Origin: Ruminococcaceae bacterium UBA5406
GTDB lineage: Bacteria; Bacillota; Clostridia; Oscillospirales; Acutalibacteraceae
Direction of reading: 5' to 3'
DNA: 64,000 nt
NCBI GenBank assembly: GCA_002407675.1
Contig: DHNW01000027.1
Span: 68,519 to 132,518 of the forward strand
Shown piece after piece: positions 36,037 through 46,268 of this stretch. Both the position numbers and the translations under genes were made by a program. The notes beneath the pieces are model-generated. The model was not told the origin of the DNA, ran no database searches, and saw nothing but the letters and a program-made list of their open reading frames with translations. Within the stretch, counting starts at the first letter, position 1. Every line of letters starts with the position of its first letter.

Positions 36037-37233
36037 ATGACACTGGATAAAATCTATCAGGCGGCATTCACACTCAAGGACGTGGCGCGCGAAACGGATC
36101 TCATCCGTGCGCCGCATCTTAATCCCGACAGCGAGATTTATCTAAAAGCGGAAAATCTTCAGGTGACCGGTTCTTTTAAAGTCCGGGGCGCGTATAATAA
36201 AATCAGCCGCCTGTCGGAAGAAGAAAAAAAGCGCGGCGTTATCGCCTGTTCCGCCGGGAACCACGCGCAGGGCGTGGCGCTTGCCGCCGCGAAGAGCGGC
36301 ATCCGCGCGCTCATCTGTATTCCGGACGGCGCGCCCATCTCTAAGGTAGAGGCCACACGGTCCTATGGCGCAGAAGTCCGGCTGGTTCCGGGTGTATATG
36401 ACGACGCCTACCGTGAAGCGTGCCGCCTGCGCAAAGAAACCGGAATGGTGTTCATCCATCCGTTTGACGACGAAGACGTCATTGCCGGGCAGGGGACAAT
36501 CGGGCTGGAAATTTTGAGGCAGCTGCCGGACGCCGAGGCGGTTTTTGTCCCCGTCGGCGGAGGCGGACTTGTGTCCGGGGTGGCATACGCCGTCAAGGCT
36601 CTGCGTCCGGAGTGCAAAGTCTACGGCGTTCAGGCGGCGGGGGCGCCGGGCATGGCCCGTTCCCTGAAGGATAAAAAAATTGAAACGCTGGACAGCGTTT
36701 CCACGTTTGCGGACGGGATTGCCGTCAAATGTCCCGGCAAGCGGACGTATGACCTGTGTTCTAGGTATGTGGACGGCATTGTAACCGTTACAGACGACGA
36801 GATCGCCACTGCCATTCTCGCGCTGATCGAACAGCACAAGATGATTGCGGAAGGCGCGGGGGCGGCCTCCGTTGCGGCGGCTATGTTCAACAAAGCGGAT
36901 ATCCGGGGGAAAAAGACAGTCTGCCTGGTTTCCGGCGGCAATATCGACGTCACCATCCTGTCGCGCGTCATCAGCCGCGGCCTGATTAAAGAAGGCCGGC
37001 AGGGCCGTCTGACCGTTGAGCTGACCGACCGTCCCGGTGAGCTGAAAGAGGTGTCCGCGATTATCGCCGGTCTCGGCGGCAATGTCGTCAGCGTCCGCCA
37101 CGACCGCAGCGGTGAAGAAAGCGATATTACCGCCTGCACGCTCTCCATTGGGGTAGAAACGCGCAACCGTACCCACCTGAACCGCATCCGCTCCGCTATT
37201 GAGGAGAAAGGATACCGGATTTTAAATGCCTGA
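36037..37233 (+). CDS. ilvA: Threonine ammonia-lyase with C-terminal ACT domain
   Basis: K.ENLQ.TGSFK.RGA, SAGNHAQG, GGGGL, SGGNID, DRPG.L. Confidence 0.95.
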   Translation: MTLDKIYQAAFTLKDVARETDLIRAPHLNPDSEIYLKAENLQVTGSFKVRGAYNKISRLSEEEKKRGVIACSAGNHAQGVALAAAKSGIRALICIPDGAPISKVEATRSYGAEVRLVPGVYDDAYREACRLRKETGMVFIHPFDDEDVIAGQGTIGLEILRQLPDAEAVFVPVGGGGLVSGVAYAVKALRPECKVYGVQAAGAPGMARSLKDKKIETLDSVSTFADGIAVKCPGKRTYDLCSRYVDGIVTVTDDEIATAILALIEQHKMIAEGAGAASVAAAMFNKADIRGKKTVCLVSGGNIDVTILSRVISRGLIKEGRQGRLTVELTDRPGELKEVSAIIAGLGGNVVSVRHDRSGEESDITACTLSIGVETRNRTHLNRIRSAIEEKGYRILNA

Positions 37234-37316
37234 TCCTGCGGGTGCCACGGGACGGCGGGGTTCTGCGGCGTCCCTTTCAAAACGCCGGATATTTTGAAAT
37301 AAAGGAGTCCTTCATT

Positions 37317-37694
37317 ATGCTGAAAACCGTATCGACCGAAAAAGCCCCGGCTGCCATCGGGCCGTATTCACAGGCCGTTGCCGCCGGAAAACTGCTGTTT
37401 GCCAGCGGGCAGATTCCCATTGTGCCGGAGACGGGCGCATTGGCGCAAGGCGGCGTTACTGCGCAGGCCGGGCAAGCCCTGAAAAATGTCGGAGAGATCC
37501 TGAAATCAGCCGGCGCGGGTTACGGCGACGTGGTCAAAACCACCTGCTTTCTGGCAGATATGGGCGATTTCGCCGCATTCAACGAAGTCTATGCGAAGTA
37601 TTTTCCGGGAAAACCGGCGCGTTCCTGCGCTGCGGTGAAAGACCTTCCCAAAGGAGCGCTTTGTGAAGTCGAAGCTGTTGCCGTGCTGAAGTGA
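37317..37694 (+). CDS. ridA: RidA family reactive-intermediate deaminase
   Basis: APAAIGPYSQA, SGQIP, F..FN.VY, PARS...V..LPK..L.E.E. Confidence 0.93.
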   Translation: MLKTVSTEKAPAAIGPYSQAVAAGKLLFASGQIPIVPETGALAQGGVTAQAGQALKNVGEILKSAGAGYGDVVKTTCFLADMGDFAAFNEVYAKYFPGKPARSCAAVKDLPKGALCEVEAVAVLK

Positions 37695-37711
37695 AGGGGG
37701 CCGGTGAAAAA

Positions 37712-38248
37712 ATGGTTATCCGGGAAGCACTGTTTTCGGACGCGGACGATATCGCCCGCGTCCATGCTGATTCTTGGCGGGAGGCCTACCGGGGCGTTGT
37801 CCCGGAAAAGACGCTCGCGGCCCGGTTTTCGCTGGAGCCGCGCCGGAAAATGTGGCGCGCGTTCCTGTCGCAGCCGAACGGCGGCCGCCATTTTATTTGT
37901 GAACTCGGAGAGAAAGCCATTGGCTTCTTTTCACTGGAACCGCCTCGGGACAGCGATATGCCGCCGGACGCGCTGGAGCTGACCGCCCTCTATTTTGATC
38001 CCTCCTGCTGGGGAAAAGGGTTCGGCCCGCAGGCCATGCGTTTTATTTTCCGGACGGCGCAGGCGCGGGGCAGCCGGATGCTGTACCTGTGGGTTCTGCG
38101 GGAAAACTGGCGCGCCGTCCGCTTTTATGAGAGATGCGGGTTTCGGCCGGATGGCGGTTCCCGGATGCTGGATCTTGGGAAGCCAATTGAAGAATGCCGC
38201 TTCTGCCGGCCGGTTTCTATCGGGGAAGACTCTCCGGCGGCGTGCTGA
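37712..38248 (+). CDS. GNAT family acetyltransferase
   Basis: IREA...DA..IA.VH..SWR.AY.G, G.G.G, LWVL..N.RA.RFYE..GF. Confidence 0.88.
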   Translation: MVIREALFSDADDIARVHADSWREAYRGVVPEKTLAARFSLEPRRKMWRAFLSQPNGGRHFICELGEKAIGFFSLEPPRDSDMPPDALELTALYFDPSCWGKGFGPQAMRFIFRTAQARGSRMLYLWVLRENWRAVRFYERCGFRPDGGSRMLDLGKPIEECRFCRPVSIGEDSPAAC

Positions 38249-38263
38249 ACAGCCCGCCTATGT

Positions 38264-39640
38264 TCAGAATCTCCACTGGAACAGCTTTTTCAGCAGGGTC
38301 ATGGCGTAGAAAGCCAGCCCGCCGAGTACAGCGGGATACAGGATCCAGTCGATGAAGTCAACCCGCAGGGACGTCACTTTCAGAAGGCGCCCGATACTGA
38401 GCGACGCGTTGTAAATTTCGCTGGCAAACAGGATGGCAATGTAGGCTTTAATGCCGAAAACCGGGATGAACACCGCGATCAGGATGACGCGCATCAGTGA
38501 ATCAGTGAGGTTGTATTCCAGGGAATACATCTGCTGATCCAGCCCTTTCAGAAGGTTGTCAGTCACGTTATCGAGGTACATCAGCGGAGCGAGGGGGGCC
38601 ATAATGCGCAGGATCTGCCCGGCCTGGGCGCTGCCGAAAAGCAGAATGCCGAGTTCGTCTGCAAAAGCCAGGAAAAAGGATGCCGTGGGGAATCCGAACA
38701 GCAGAGTCCAGCGGAAAGCTTTTTCCGCCGTGCGGCTGATCCGGTGCAGGTCGTTTCCGGCGTTTGCTTCGGCAATTTCCGGAATCAAAAGCATGGCCGC
38801 CGAGCTGAGCAGGGAAAGCGGGAACATGAGAATCGGCATCACCATTCCCTGCATCACGCCGTACTGGGCCAGCGCGGCGATCCCGCCGGCGCCGTTCTTT
38901 TTCAGCCCTATGGGGATCAGCACGTTTTCTGCGCTGATGAGAGAACTGCGCAGGAACGAACCGGCCAGCATCGGCCCCGCAATATGAACAATGCTGCGCA
39001 TCAGGCCGCTGCTTTCTTCAGCCATGCCGTGTTTTCTGACGAACCAGAGAAAAATGGGAACAATATAGAGAACGGATGCCGCTTCGCCGAGCGTAGAACC
39101 GAGCATAAGCGCATTCAGCGCAGGCAGGCCGGTATGATCCAGCAGAAAAATGGAAGCACCTACGGTGACGCCTTCCTCGCAGAATTCACCGAGAATGGGA
39201 ACAGCGGTGTTGCGGTTGGCAAAAAAGTACCCCTTCAGGCAGGCGCAGCCTGCAATGCATGGAAGCCCCGCTGCCAGAATGCGCAGCGGTTCTGCGGCGG
39301 CCGAACTTCCAATCAGGCGGGAAGCGATCAGCCCGGCGCCGCAAAAAAGGGTCCCTCCGGCGGCAAGGCTGAGCCCGAGCGACAGCCCGGCGCAGCGCAG
39401 CATGCAGCCCTTTGAGCCGCGCCCTTCGGCAGCCAGCCTTGTTACCGCGAGTCCGATACCCGAGGTACAGGCGGTGATCCCCAGCGTGAAAATAGAAAAA
39501 ATCAGCTGGTACAGCCCCATGCCGCTTGCCCCGATGCGCACGGTGATAACGGAACGGAACCAGATCCCTACAAACCGCAGGAGGATAGATCCGGCGGTCA
39601 GGATGGCAGTATTAAAAAGGAATCGGCGCTTTTTCCCCAT
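38264..39640 (-). CDS. SpoVB-like polysaccharide flippase (MOP superfamily)
   Basis: IGA.GMGLYQLI, LKGYF, YG...GM..P, LKGL..Q; multi-TM. Confidence 0.82.
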   Translation of the reverse strand: MGKKRRFLFNTAILTAGSILLRFVGIWFRSVITVRIGASGMGLYQLIFSIFTLGITACTSGIGLAVTRLAAEGRGSKGCMLRCAGLSLGLSLAAGGTLFCGAGLIASRLIGSSAAAEPLRILAAGLPCIAGCACLKGYFFANRNTAVPILGEFCEEGVTVGASIFLLDHTGLPALNALMLGSTLGEAASVLYIVPIFLWFVRKHGMAEESSGLMRSIVHIAGPMLAGSFLRSSLISAENVLIPIGLKKNGAGGIAALAQYGVMQGMVMPILMFPLSLLSSAAMLLIPEIAEANAGNDLHRISRTAEKAFRWTLLFGFPTASFFLAFADELGILLFGSAQAGQILRIMAPLAPLMYLDNVTDNLLKGLDQQMYSLEYNLTDSLMRVILIAVFIPVFGIKAYIAILFASEIYNASLSIGRLLKVTSLRVDFIDWILYPAVLGGLAFYAMTLLKKLFQWRF

Positions 39641-39776
39641 TTGGCAACACCTGAAGAATCGTGATAGTCAAATGTATTCGCGCCGAGGGGTAAATAAGTC
39701 TATACTTTTCCATGAATACTATTTATAATAGGAAACAAACGGCCGCTTATTGCAAGTTTACACAGGAGGGAAAAGA

Positions 39777-40484
39777 TTGAAACGCATTTTGTCTGTGTCG
39801 CCCATGATCCTCTGTATTTTATATGTTCTTTTCCCGCTTTGCAAAATTGTCGGAGCTGTGTGCGGCTATGAATTTGCCCTGCGCAGCGATTCAATCGGCA
39901 TTGTCGTCCTGTCGGCGGTTTCGGGAATGGCGGCTGGATTCCTGATTTTCCTGGAACCCCCGCTGAACAAAGCTCAGCGGGTATTTTCTGCCCTGCTCCC
40001 TTCTCTGTCTGCCGTCAGCGGTTTGTTCTTTATATTAGACGGCAAGTGGAAGGCATCCGTCGTTTTTGCGCTGGTCTGTTACGTCTGCTCTGTAGTGATC
40101 TTGTGGAAATCCACATGCCGTTTTGCCTTAAAGTTTCTCTCCACGGCTTTTTCAGCTTTTTTTGCCGTGGCTTTCCTGTTTTCTGCATGGATTTCCCTCG
40201 TTTTTGGGGATCTTGGCGTGAAAACGGTGGTAAAATCTTTGGCTTCGCCCCAGGGGGCCTATACGGCCGAGGTTATCGACAGCAATCAGGGAGCGCTGGG
40301 CGGTGACACGCACGTTAATGTTTGGAGGAATGGGGAGAAAATCGACTTGTTCTTCTGCAGTATAAAAAAGTCGCCGCTCCGCGTATATACGGGAGACTGG
40401 GGAGAGTTCAAAACCATGCGAATATTGTGGAAAGATGAACGTACGCTGGTTATCAACGGCCGGGAATATCCGGTCAGTACGTGA
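39777..40484 (+). CDS. Membrane protein with DUF5412-like C-terminal domain
   Basis: Five hydrophobic helices, then SP.G.Y.AEV...NQGALGG.T...I.W.D..TL.ING; AGGAGG RBS before TTG 39777. Confidence 0.65.
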   Translation: MKRILSVSPMILCILYVLFPLCKIVGAVCGYEFALRSDSIGIVVLSAVSGMAAGFLIFLEPPLNKAQRVFSALLPSLSAVSGLFFILDGKWKASVVFALVCYVCSVVILWKSTCRFALKFLSTAFSAFFAVAFLFSAWISLVFGDLGVKTVVKSLASPQGAYTAEVIDSNQGALGGDTHVNVWRNGEKIDLFFCSIKKSPLRVYTGDWGEFKTMRILWKDERTLVINGREYPVST

Positions 40485-40563
40485 AGCCGGAAGATTGGCA
40501 GGAACTTTTGAAAATCCCGTGGAGAAACCGCCGGGGCGGCGGTGAATGAAGAAGGAGAGAAAC

Positions 40564-41487
40564 ATGGACTGGACGGAAGTAAAAATTACGGTTGATGCCG
40601 AGAATGTGGATTTGGCGGGCAGTATTGCACAGATGACGGTTCCTTACGGAATTTATGTGGAAGATTATTCCCACCTGAAGGAAGACGTTGAAGAAGTTGC
40701 GCATATTGACCTAATTGACGAGGAACTGCTGAAAAAAGACCCGAAGAAGGCAGTGGTTCACGTTTATATCAGCCCGGAGGATAACCCGAACGAAGCCGTG
40801 GCCTTTTTAAGCGAACGGTACGGCGCGGCCGGAATCGCCCATACTATTGAAACCGCGCCCTGTGTGCAGGAGGACTGGATCAACAGCTGGAAAAAATATT
40901 TCCACCCCATCAAGGTAGGCCAAAAGCTGCTGATCCAGCCCGACTGGGAGCCGGTGAAGAATCCGGAAGGCCGCGTGGTGCTGGATATGGAACCGGGCAT
41001 GGCATTTGGAACCGGAACACATGAAACAACACGCCTGTGCATGGAATTTTTGGAGGAGTATATCCGTCCCGGCTGTTCGATGCTGGATATTGGCTGCGGC
41101 AGCGGAATCCTCTCTGTGGCAGGGCTGCTTCTCGGTGCGGGAAAAGCCGTCGGCGTGGATATTGACCCGCTGGCGGTGAAAACCGCCGTGCAGAACGTGG
41201 AGCGCAACCATGTTGCGGACCGCTTTTCCGGCATCTGCGGCAGCCTGACCGAAAAGGTAAAGGGAAAATACGACGTGATTGCGGCGAACATTGTAGCCGA
41301 CGTGATTATGGAGCTTACAAAAGATGTGGAACGCTACATGCTGCCGAATGCGGTTTACCTGATGAGCGGGATTATCGACGAACGTGAACGCGATGTGCTG
41401 GCCGCACTGAAAGGAAAGTTTACGGTCGTGGCCCGCCGGGAGGAGAAAGGCTGGGTTGCCCTTGCGGCTCGGGTAACAGAACAATAA
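40564..41487 (+). CDS. prmA: Ribosomal protein L11 methyltransferase
   Basis: EDW...WK.YF.P, PGMAFGTGTHETT, LDIGCGSGILS, ANIVAD, SGII. Confidence 0.96.
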   Translation: MDWTEVKITVDAENVDLAGSIAQMTVPYGIYVEDYSHLKEDVEEVAHIDLIDEELLKKDPKKAVVHVYISPEDNPNEAVAFLSERYGAAGIAHTIETAPCVQEDWINSWKKYFHPIKVGQKLLIQPDWEPVKNPEGRVVLDMEPGMAFGTGTHETTRLCMEFLEEYIRPGCSMLDIGCGSGILSVAGLLLGAGKAVGVDIDPLAVKTAVQNVERNHVADRFSGICGSLTEKVKGKYDVIAANIVADVIMELTKDVERYMLPNAVYLMSGIIDERERDVLAALKGKFTVVARREEKGWVALAARVTEQ

Positions 41488-41548
41488 CACGGTGCGGCGA
41501 ATGATTCACTGGCGCACATGAGCGGGCAGTTCCCTACTATTGTCCGGC

Positions 41549-42826
41549 TTAGTCCGGTTTGCTTTTCAGGCATGCCTTCAGCTTTTCCATGACGTTCCTC
41601 CATCCGCGGTCGATGGTATCTTCGTCTGCCGTCGCCAGTTTCCGGTCCTTGACGATCCATCTGCCGTTGACGAATACGTGCTCGATATCCTCCGGCGCGG
41701 CGCACGTGACGAAATTATGGATCAGGCTGTCGAACCCTTCCGCATGGACGGCCGGTTCCATACGGAAAGAATCCAGCCGGACGAGGACAAGGTCCGCCGG
41801 TGCACCGCAGGAAACCGTCCCTCCGCCGCTGGGGCCGAGCATCCGGTATCCGTTGGCCGAGGCCATTTTCAGGATGTCCTCGGCGGTGTGTTTTTCGCCG
41901 CCTTTCTGCCCTTTCATCAGGAGGTAGGCGGTCTTCAGAACGCCAAGATAGTCGGCGTCAGCCCAGTCGGTTCCCAGCATGCAGGGAATGCCGCGGTCCA
42001 GAAAATCCGAGATGTTCAGTAACCCCGCGCCGGTGGACAGATTGCTGACCGGATTATAAACGACACCGCAGCCGTGCCGGGCGATCCTGTCGAGATCGTT
42101 TGAGTCCGCCTGAACACAGTGGTACAAAATCGTTTTCCGGTCAAGGCATCCGTATTCTTCAAGAATTTCGGTTGACGATTTTGAGAAAGCTTTTTCCACG
42201 ATATCCCGGCGGGCTTTCGTTTCCAGGCAGTGCGTGCTGAACAGGATATCCGGGTTCCGCTTTTTCAGTTCTGCGATCCGCCGCAGGGCGTCGGGCGTCA
42301 TGTCTTCCTCCTCCAGCAGATGGGAACCGTATGACACAAGCTCTGAGCCGCGCCCGGCATACTCGCCGATCTGGTCCAAAACATCGATTGTTCCGCGCAG
42401 GCCGATTTCCTCCAGCGCCTCTTTCTGGATTTCCTTCGTGCCGTCGATGGTGCCGCCGTCGTTGACGCAGGTTACACCCTGCCGGGCGAGCTCCGCGTAT
42501 TCTTTCAGCGCGATGGCTTTTTTGTCTTCGTCGGAAGCGCGGTTTTCCAAAAAATCTTCCAAAACGGATTTTTGAAACCGTCCCTGCGCGGAATCGCCGT
42601 ACCAGTCGAAAAGAGCCTGATCCTTCCACAGGCCCCGGCTCACCGTCGAGAGTCCGTGGAAATGCGCGTTCACCATTCCGCCCATGCAGAGCAGGCCGCT
42701 TCCGTCGAGGACGGGGTCGCCTTTTTCGCACGGGCCGTCAGGATATACTTTTCTGTCTTTGATCCGGAGGTTCCCGAACCGGACTTTGAAATCCGGGCCG
42801 ACGTAAAAAGTGTTTCGAATATACAT
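41549..42826 (-). CDS. Metal-dependent amidohydrolase (MTA/SAH-deaminase-like, COG0402)
   Basis: NAHFH, HCLE, HCV, NP.SN, LGTD, G.PADLVL, V.VNG. Confidence 0.85.
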   Translation of the reverse strand: MYIRNTFYVGPDFKVRFGNLRIKDRKVYPDGPCEKGDPVLDGSGLLCMGGMVNAHFHGLSTVSRGLWKDQALFDWYGDSAQGRFQKSVLEDFLENRASDEDKKAIALKEYAELARQGVTCVNDGGTIDGTKEIQKEALEEIGLRGTIDVLDQIGEYAGRGSELVSYGSHLLEEEDMTPDALRRIAELKKRNPDILFSTHCLETKARRDIVEKAFSKSSTEILEEYGCLDRKTILYHCVQADSNDLDRIARHGCGVVYNPVSNLSTGAGLLNISDFLDRGIPCMLGTDWADADYLGVLKTAYLLMKGQKGGEKHTAEDILKMASANGYRMLGPSGGGTVSCGAPADLVLVRLDSFRMEPAVHAEGFDSLIHNFVTCAAPEDIEHVFVNGRWIVKDRKLATADEDTIDRGWRNVMEKLKACLKSKPD

Positions 42827-42847
42827 GTGGTATTCCTTTCCAATCGT

Positions 42848-43960
42848 TTATTCCAGTTCCACGTAATTGCCTAAAAACGTGAACCGCGGCAGTTCGTCGC
42901 AGAGTTCGCACAGCAGGTCAAGCGTGCTGGGGTCACGGACATTTCCTGAAAAATCCAGGTAGAAATCATACTCGAAATTTTTGCCGGGAATGGGCCGCGA
43001 TTCAATTTTTGTCAGATTCAGACCTGCCGCGGCGAAACGCGCCAAAACGGCGTAAAGTGTGCCGGTGCGGTGGGGAAGGGAGAAGCACAGGCTGATTTTT
43101 CCTGCATCCGGCGGCAGGCACATTTTGCGGCTGATCACGATGAACCGTGTCCGGTTGCCGGAGCTGTCCTGAATATCCCGTGCCAGCACATGGAGACCGT
43201 ATTCCCGCGCCGCATAAAGGGAACACACAGCTCCCGTGCCGGGAGACTGCGCCTTCCGTGCGGCCTCGGCCGTGCTGGAGAACGGTTCGGCTTTCAGACT
43301 GTGAGAAGAAAGGAAAGCCGAACACTGGCGGATCGCCTGAGGATGAGAATATACAATCTGTATATTTTTAAGATCGCATTCTGACGAAGCAAAACAGTGC
43401 CGGATTGGCAGGCTCAGCGCGCCCACAATAGAAAAGCGGTATTTCAAAATAAGGTCGTATACTTCGCCTACGGAACCGGAAGAAGAGTTTTCCACCGGTA
43501 AAATTCCGAGATCGGCATCTCCGCTTTCTACGGCCGTAAAAATCGCCGGGAAATCCGGGAAAAACAGCGGCATTGCATCCGGATACAGGCGAAGGAGGGC
43601 TTCATGTGAAAACGAGCCTTTCCGTCCGAGGCAGGCTACGGTGTCCGCTTTTGGCAGTTCACCGGGAGCTGTTTCCACCTCTTCACGCAAAGGGGAGCCG
43701 CTGCCGAGCAGCCGGTGCTGGAGGGAGCGGCTCATCGCCATCAGGCCGGAATACAGGATTTTTGTTTCGCCCTTAAACTCCCCTGATTTTTCGGATACGT
43801 TTCTCAGAATTTCCTGTTCACGCTTTTCGTTAAAAACAGGATAATTCTCTTTTTTTTTGGCTTCCGCTACCTGTTTGGCGCATTCCATGCGCCGCAGGAA
43901 AAGCGGTAGAAGTTCGTTGTCGATCCGATCAATTTGCGAACGGATTTCTTTCAGTGTCAT
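42848..43960 (-). CDS. pheA: Chorismate mutase/prephenate dehydratase
   Basis: N-terminal CM (IR.QID.ID), P.ENS..G.V, SHPQA..QC, N.TRF, NLTKIESRP. Confidence 0.94.
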   Translation of the reverse strand: MTLKEIRSQIDRIDNELLPLFLRRMECAKQVAEAKKKENYPVFNEKREQEILRNVSEKSGEFKGETKILYSGLMAMSRSLQHRLLGSGSPLREEVETAPGELPKADTVACLGRKGSFSHEALLRLYPDAMPLFFPDFPAIFTAVESGDADLGILPVENSSSGSVGEVYDLILKYRFSIVGALSLPIRHCFASSECDLKNIQIVYSHPQAIRQCSAFLSSHSLKAEPFSSTAEAARKAQSPGTGAVCSLYAAREYGLHVLARDIQDSSGNRTRFIVISRKMCLPPDAGKISLCFSLPHRTGTLYAVLARFAAAGLNLTKIESRPIPGKNFEYDFYLDFSGNVRDPSTLDLLCELCDELPRFTFLGNYVELE

Positions 43961-43981
43961 TTCTTCAGCTCCATTTCCCTT

Positions 43982-45049
43982 TTACAGAAGCATATCCAGC
44001 AATGCCACAGCTGCCGCCGCCTCCACGGCGGGAACGGCGCGCGGCACAATGCACGGATCGTGCCGTCCGTGAACGGTCAGCTTTGTATTTTTTTGGGATG
44101 AAAGGCTGACACTGTCCTGTTCCCGGCCGATGGAAGGTGTGGGCTTGAACGCCGCCCGAAAAATGAGCGGCATGCCCGTGGTGATTCCGCCGAGGATTCC
44201 CCCGGCGTTGTTTGTGCGTGTCCGGACAGAACCTCCGTCGTAATAAAATGAATCGTTGTTTTCACTGCCAAACAGTTCCGCTGCCGAAAAGCCTGCGCCG
44301 AATTCCACGCCCTTGCAGGCAGGAATAGCATAAAGGATGGAAGACAGTTCGGATTCCACCCCTTCGTCCAGCGGACCGCCTACCCCGGCCGGCAGGCCGA
44401 CGGCAGCGCATTCGACCACGCCGCCGACGCTGTCCAGATTTTTCCGGGCGGATTCGATTTCGGCGCGCATCCGCTCTTCGGCGGACGGATCAAGGGTGGG
44501 GAAATAGCGGGATGAAAGGTTTTCCAGCAGAGAAGCCGGCAGTCCGACGGGGTCGAACGGCGAATCCGATATTCCATGGACGGAAAGCACATGCGCGCCG
44601 ACCGTGACACCCCGCCTTTTTAAAATCTGGCGGCACACCGCGCCTGCAAATACCAGAGGAGCGGTCATCCGGCCGGAAAACCGCCCTCCGCCGCGCACGT
44701 CGTTGAATCCGCGGTAGCGCACATGCGCCGTGTAATCTGCATGGCCGGGCCGGGGAATATCCCTCAGGCTGTCATAATCGGAAGAGCGGGTGTTGGTGTT
44801 GGTAATTACGGCGCACAGCGGCGCACCTGTAGTCCGGCCGTTCAGCAGGCCGCTGAGAATCTGCGGCTCGTCGGTTTCGCGGCGCGGCGTAGCGGCTTTA
44901 TCGCGGCCGGGCGCACGGCGGGACATCTGAAGGAATATTTTTTCCGCTTCGATTTCTTCACCGGCGGGCAGGCCCTCCAGAACGGCGCCGATCGCCGGAC
45001 CGTGGCTTTCGCCGAAAATGGTTACATGAAGTTTATTGCCCCACGGCAT
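43982..45049 (-). CDS. aroC: Chorismate synthase
   Basis: FGESHG, PRPGHAD, RGGG.FSGR.T, GGILGG, GRHDPC. Confidence 0.96.
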   Translation of the reverse strand: MPWGNKLHVTIFGESHGPAIGAVLEGLPAGEEIEAEKIFLQMSRRAPGRDKAATPRRETDEPQILSGLLNGRTTGAPLCAVITNTNTRSSDYDSLRDIPRPGHADYTAHVRYRGFNDVRGGGRFSGRMTAPLVFAGAVCRQILKRRGVTVGAHVLSVHGISDSPFDPVGLPASLLENLSSRYFPTLDPSAEERMRAEIESARKNLDSVGGVVECAAVGLPAGVGGPLDEGVESELSSILYAIPACKGVEFGAGFSAAELFGSENNDSFYYDGGSVRTRTNNAGGILGGITTGMPLIFRAAFKPTPSIGREQDSVSLSSQKNTKLTVHGRHDPCIVPRAVPAVEAAAAVALLDMLL

Positions 45050-46268
45050 ACGCTTTTCCTCCCAGCCGATTATAATCTAAAAAGAAATCCGGGTAGCTTT
45101 TGCGGACGCTCTGCGCGTCGGTGAGGACGGTTTCACCCGCGGATCTCAGCGCCGCGACGGAAAGGGCCATTACGACGCGGTGGTCGTTGCACCCATCCGC
45201 TTTTCCGCCGCGGAGATGATCCACGCCGAAGATTTCCAGCCCGTCCGGCTTTTCGTGTACACGTCCGCCCAGCCGGTTCAGGCCTTGTGCCATGGCGGAG
45301 AGCCGGTCGCTTTCTTTCAGCCGGAGCCGTGCCGCGTGGGAGATCACCGTGCGCCGCCCCGGGATCAGCGCCGCTGCCGCGGCCAGAGCCGGAACAAGGT
45401 CTGGAATCTGCGACGCGTCGATTTCCGGAATGGTCTCTGGTATTCGGCCCGCTTCCACAGACAGAAGCCCGCGGTTCCATTCGATCTTTGCCCCTAAACG
45501 GCGGAACAGTTCTTCCGCTTTTCGGTCGCCCTGAGAAAAACCGGGGCTGAGCCCTTCCAGCTCCACCGGACCGCCGAGCATCCCGGCGGCGAGGAAAAAC
45601 GCCGCCTGCGACCAGTCGCGCTCAATTTGGTACGCCGGGTTCGGCCGGTAACGCTGATTCCCCGGGACGTTCCAGCCCTCCGCCGTTTTCTCCGCGCGCA
45701 CGCCGAATGAATGCAGAATCTGCACGGTCATATCCGCGTAGGCGGCGGATTCCAGCGGTGACGTCAAACGGATACGGCTGTCTCCGTCTAAAAGTGGGAG
45801 CGCCAGCAGAAGCCCTGTGGCGAACTGGGAGCTGACGCTGCCGGGCACTTCGTAGCGGCCCGGCTGCAGTTTCCCGCGGACGGTAAGCGGCAGGCCGCCT
45901 TGCGTCCGGCAGGAAACCCCGTGGCGGGGCAGACAGCCGAGGTAAACGCCGAGGGGGCGCTCCGGCAGGCGGCCCCGGCCGGTAAAGGTGGCTTCCGTGC
46001 CCAGCGCCGCGGCGACAGGAATTAGAAATCGAAGCGTGGAGCCGGATTCTCTGCAGTCCAGCGTAACCGGCCCGCCATGTGCCGGAAGAAGGGCGGCAAG
46101 GGCTTTTTGTGTTGCGGCGAGGTCGTCGCTGACCGTTTCGCCGGACTGCAGGGAAATTTCGTCCCCCGCGAGGGCGGAGCAAATCAGCGCGCGGTGCGCG
46201 GCACTTTTGGAAACCGGCACAGCCACCCGGCCTTGCAGGGTGGACGGCAGAATCCGGACTTCGCTCAT
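45033..46268 (-). CDS. aroA: 3-phosphoshikimate 1-carboxyvinyltransferase
   Basis: SKS..HRAL, ESGSTLRF, SSQF, R.KESDR, DHR..M, KSYP.F. Confidence 0.95.
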   Translation of the reverse strand: MSEVRILPSTLQGRVAVPVSKSAAHRALICSALAGDEISLQSGETVSDDLAATQKALAALLPAHGGPVTLDCRESGSTLRFLIPVAAALGTEATFTGRGRLPERPLGVYLGCLPRHGVSCRTQGGLPLTVRGKLQPGRYEVPGSVSSQFATGLLLALPLLDGDSRIRLTSPLESAAYADMTVQILHSFGVRAEKTAEGWNVPGNQRYRPNPAYQIERDWSQAAFFLAAGMLGGPVELEGLSPGFSQGDRKAEELFRRLGAKIEWNRGLLSVEAGRIPETIPEIDASQIPDLVPALAAAAALIPGRRTVISHAARLRLKESDRLSAMAQGLNRLGGRVHEKPDGLEIFGVDHLRGGKADGCNDHRVVMALSVAALRSAGETVLTDAQSVRKSYPDFFLDYNRLGGKAYAVGQ

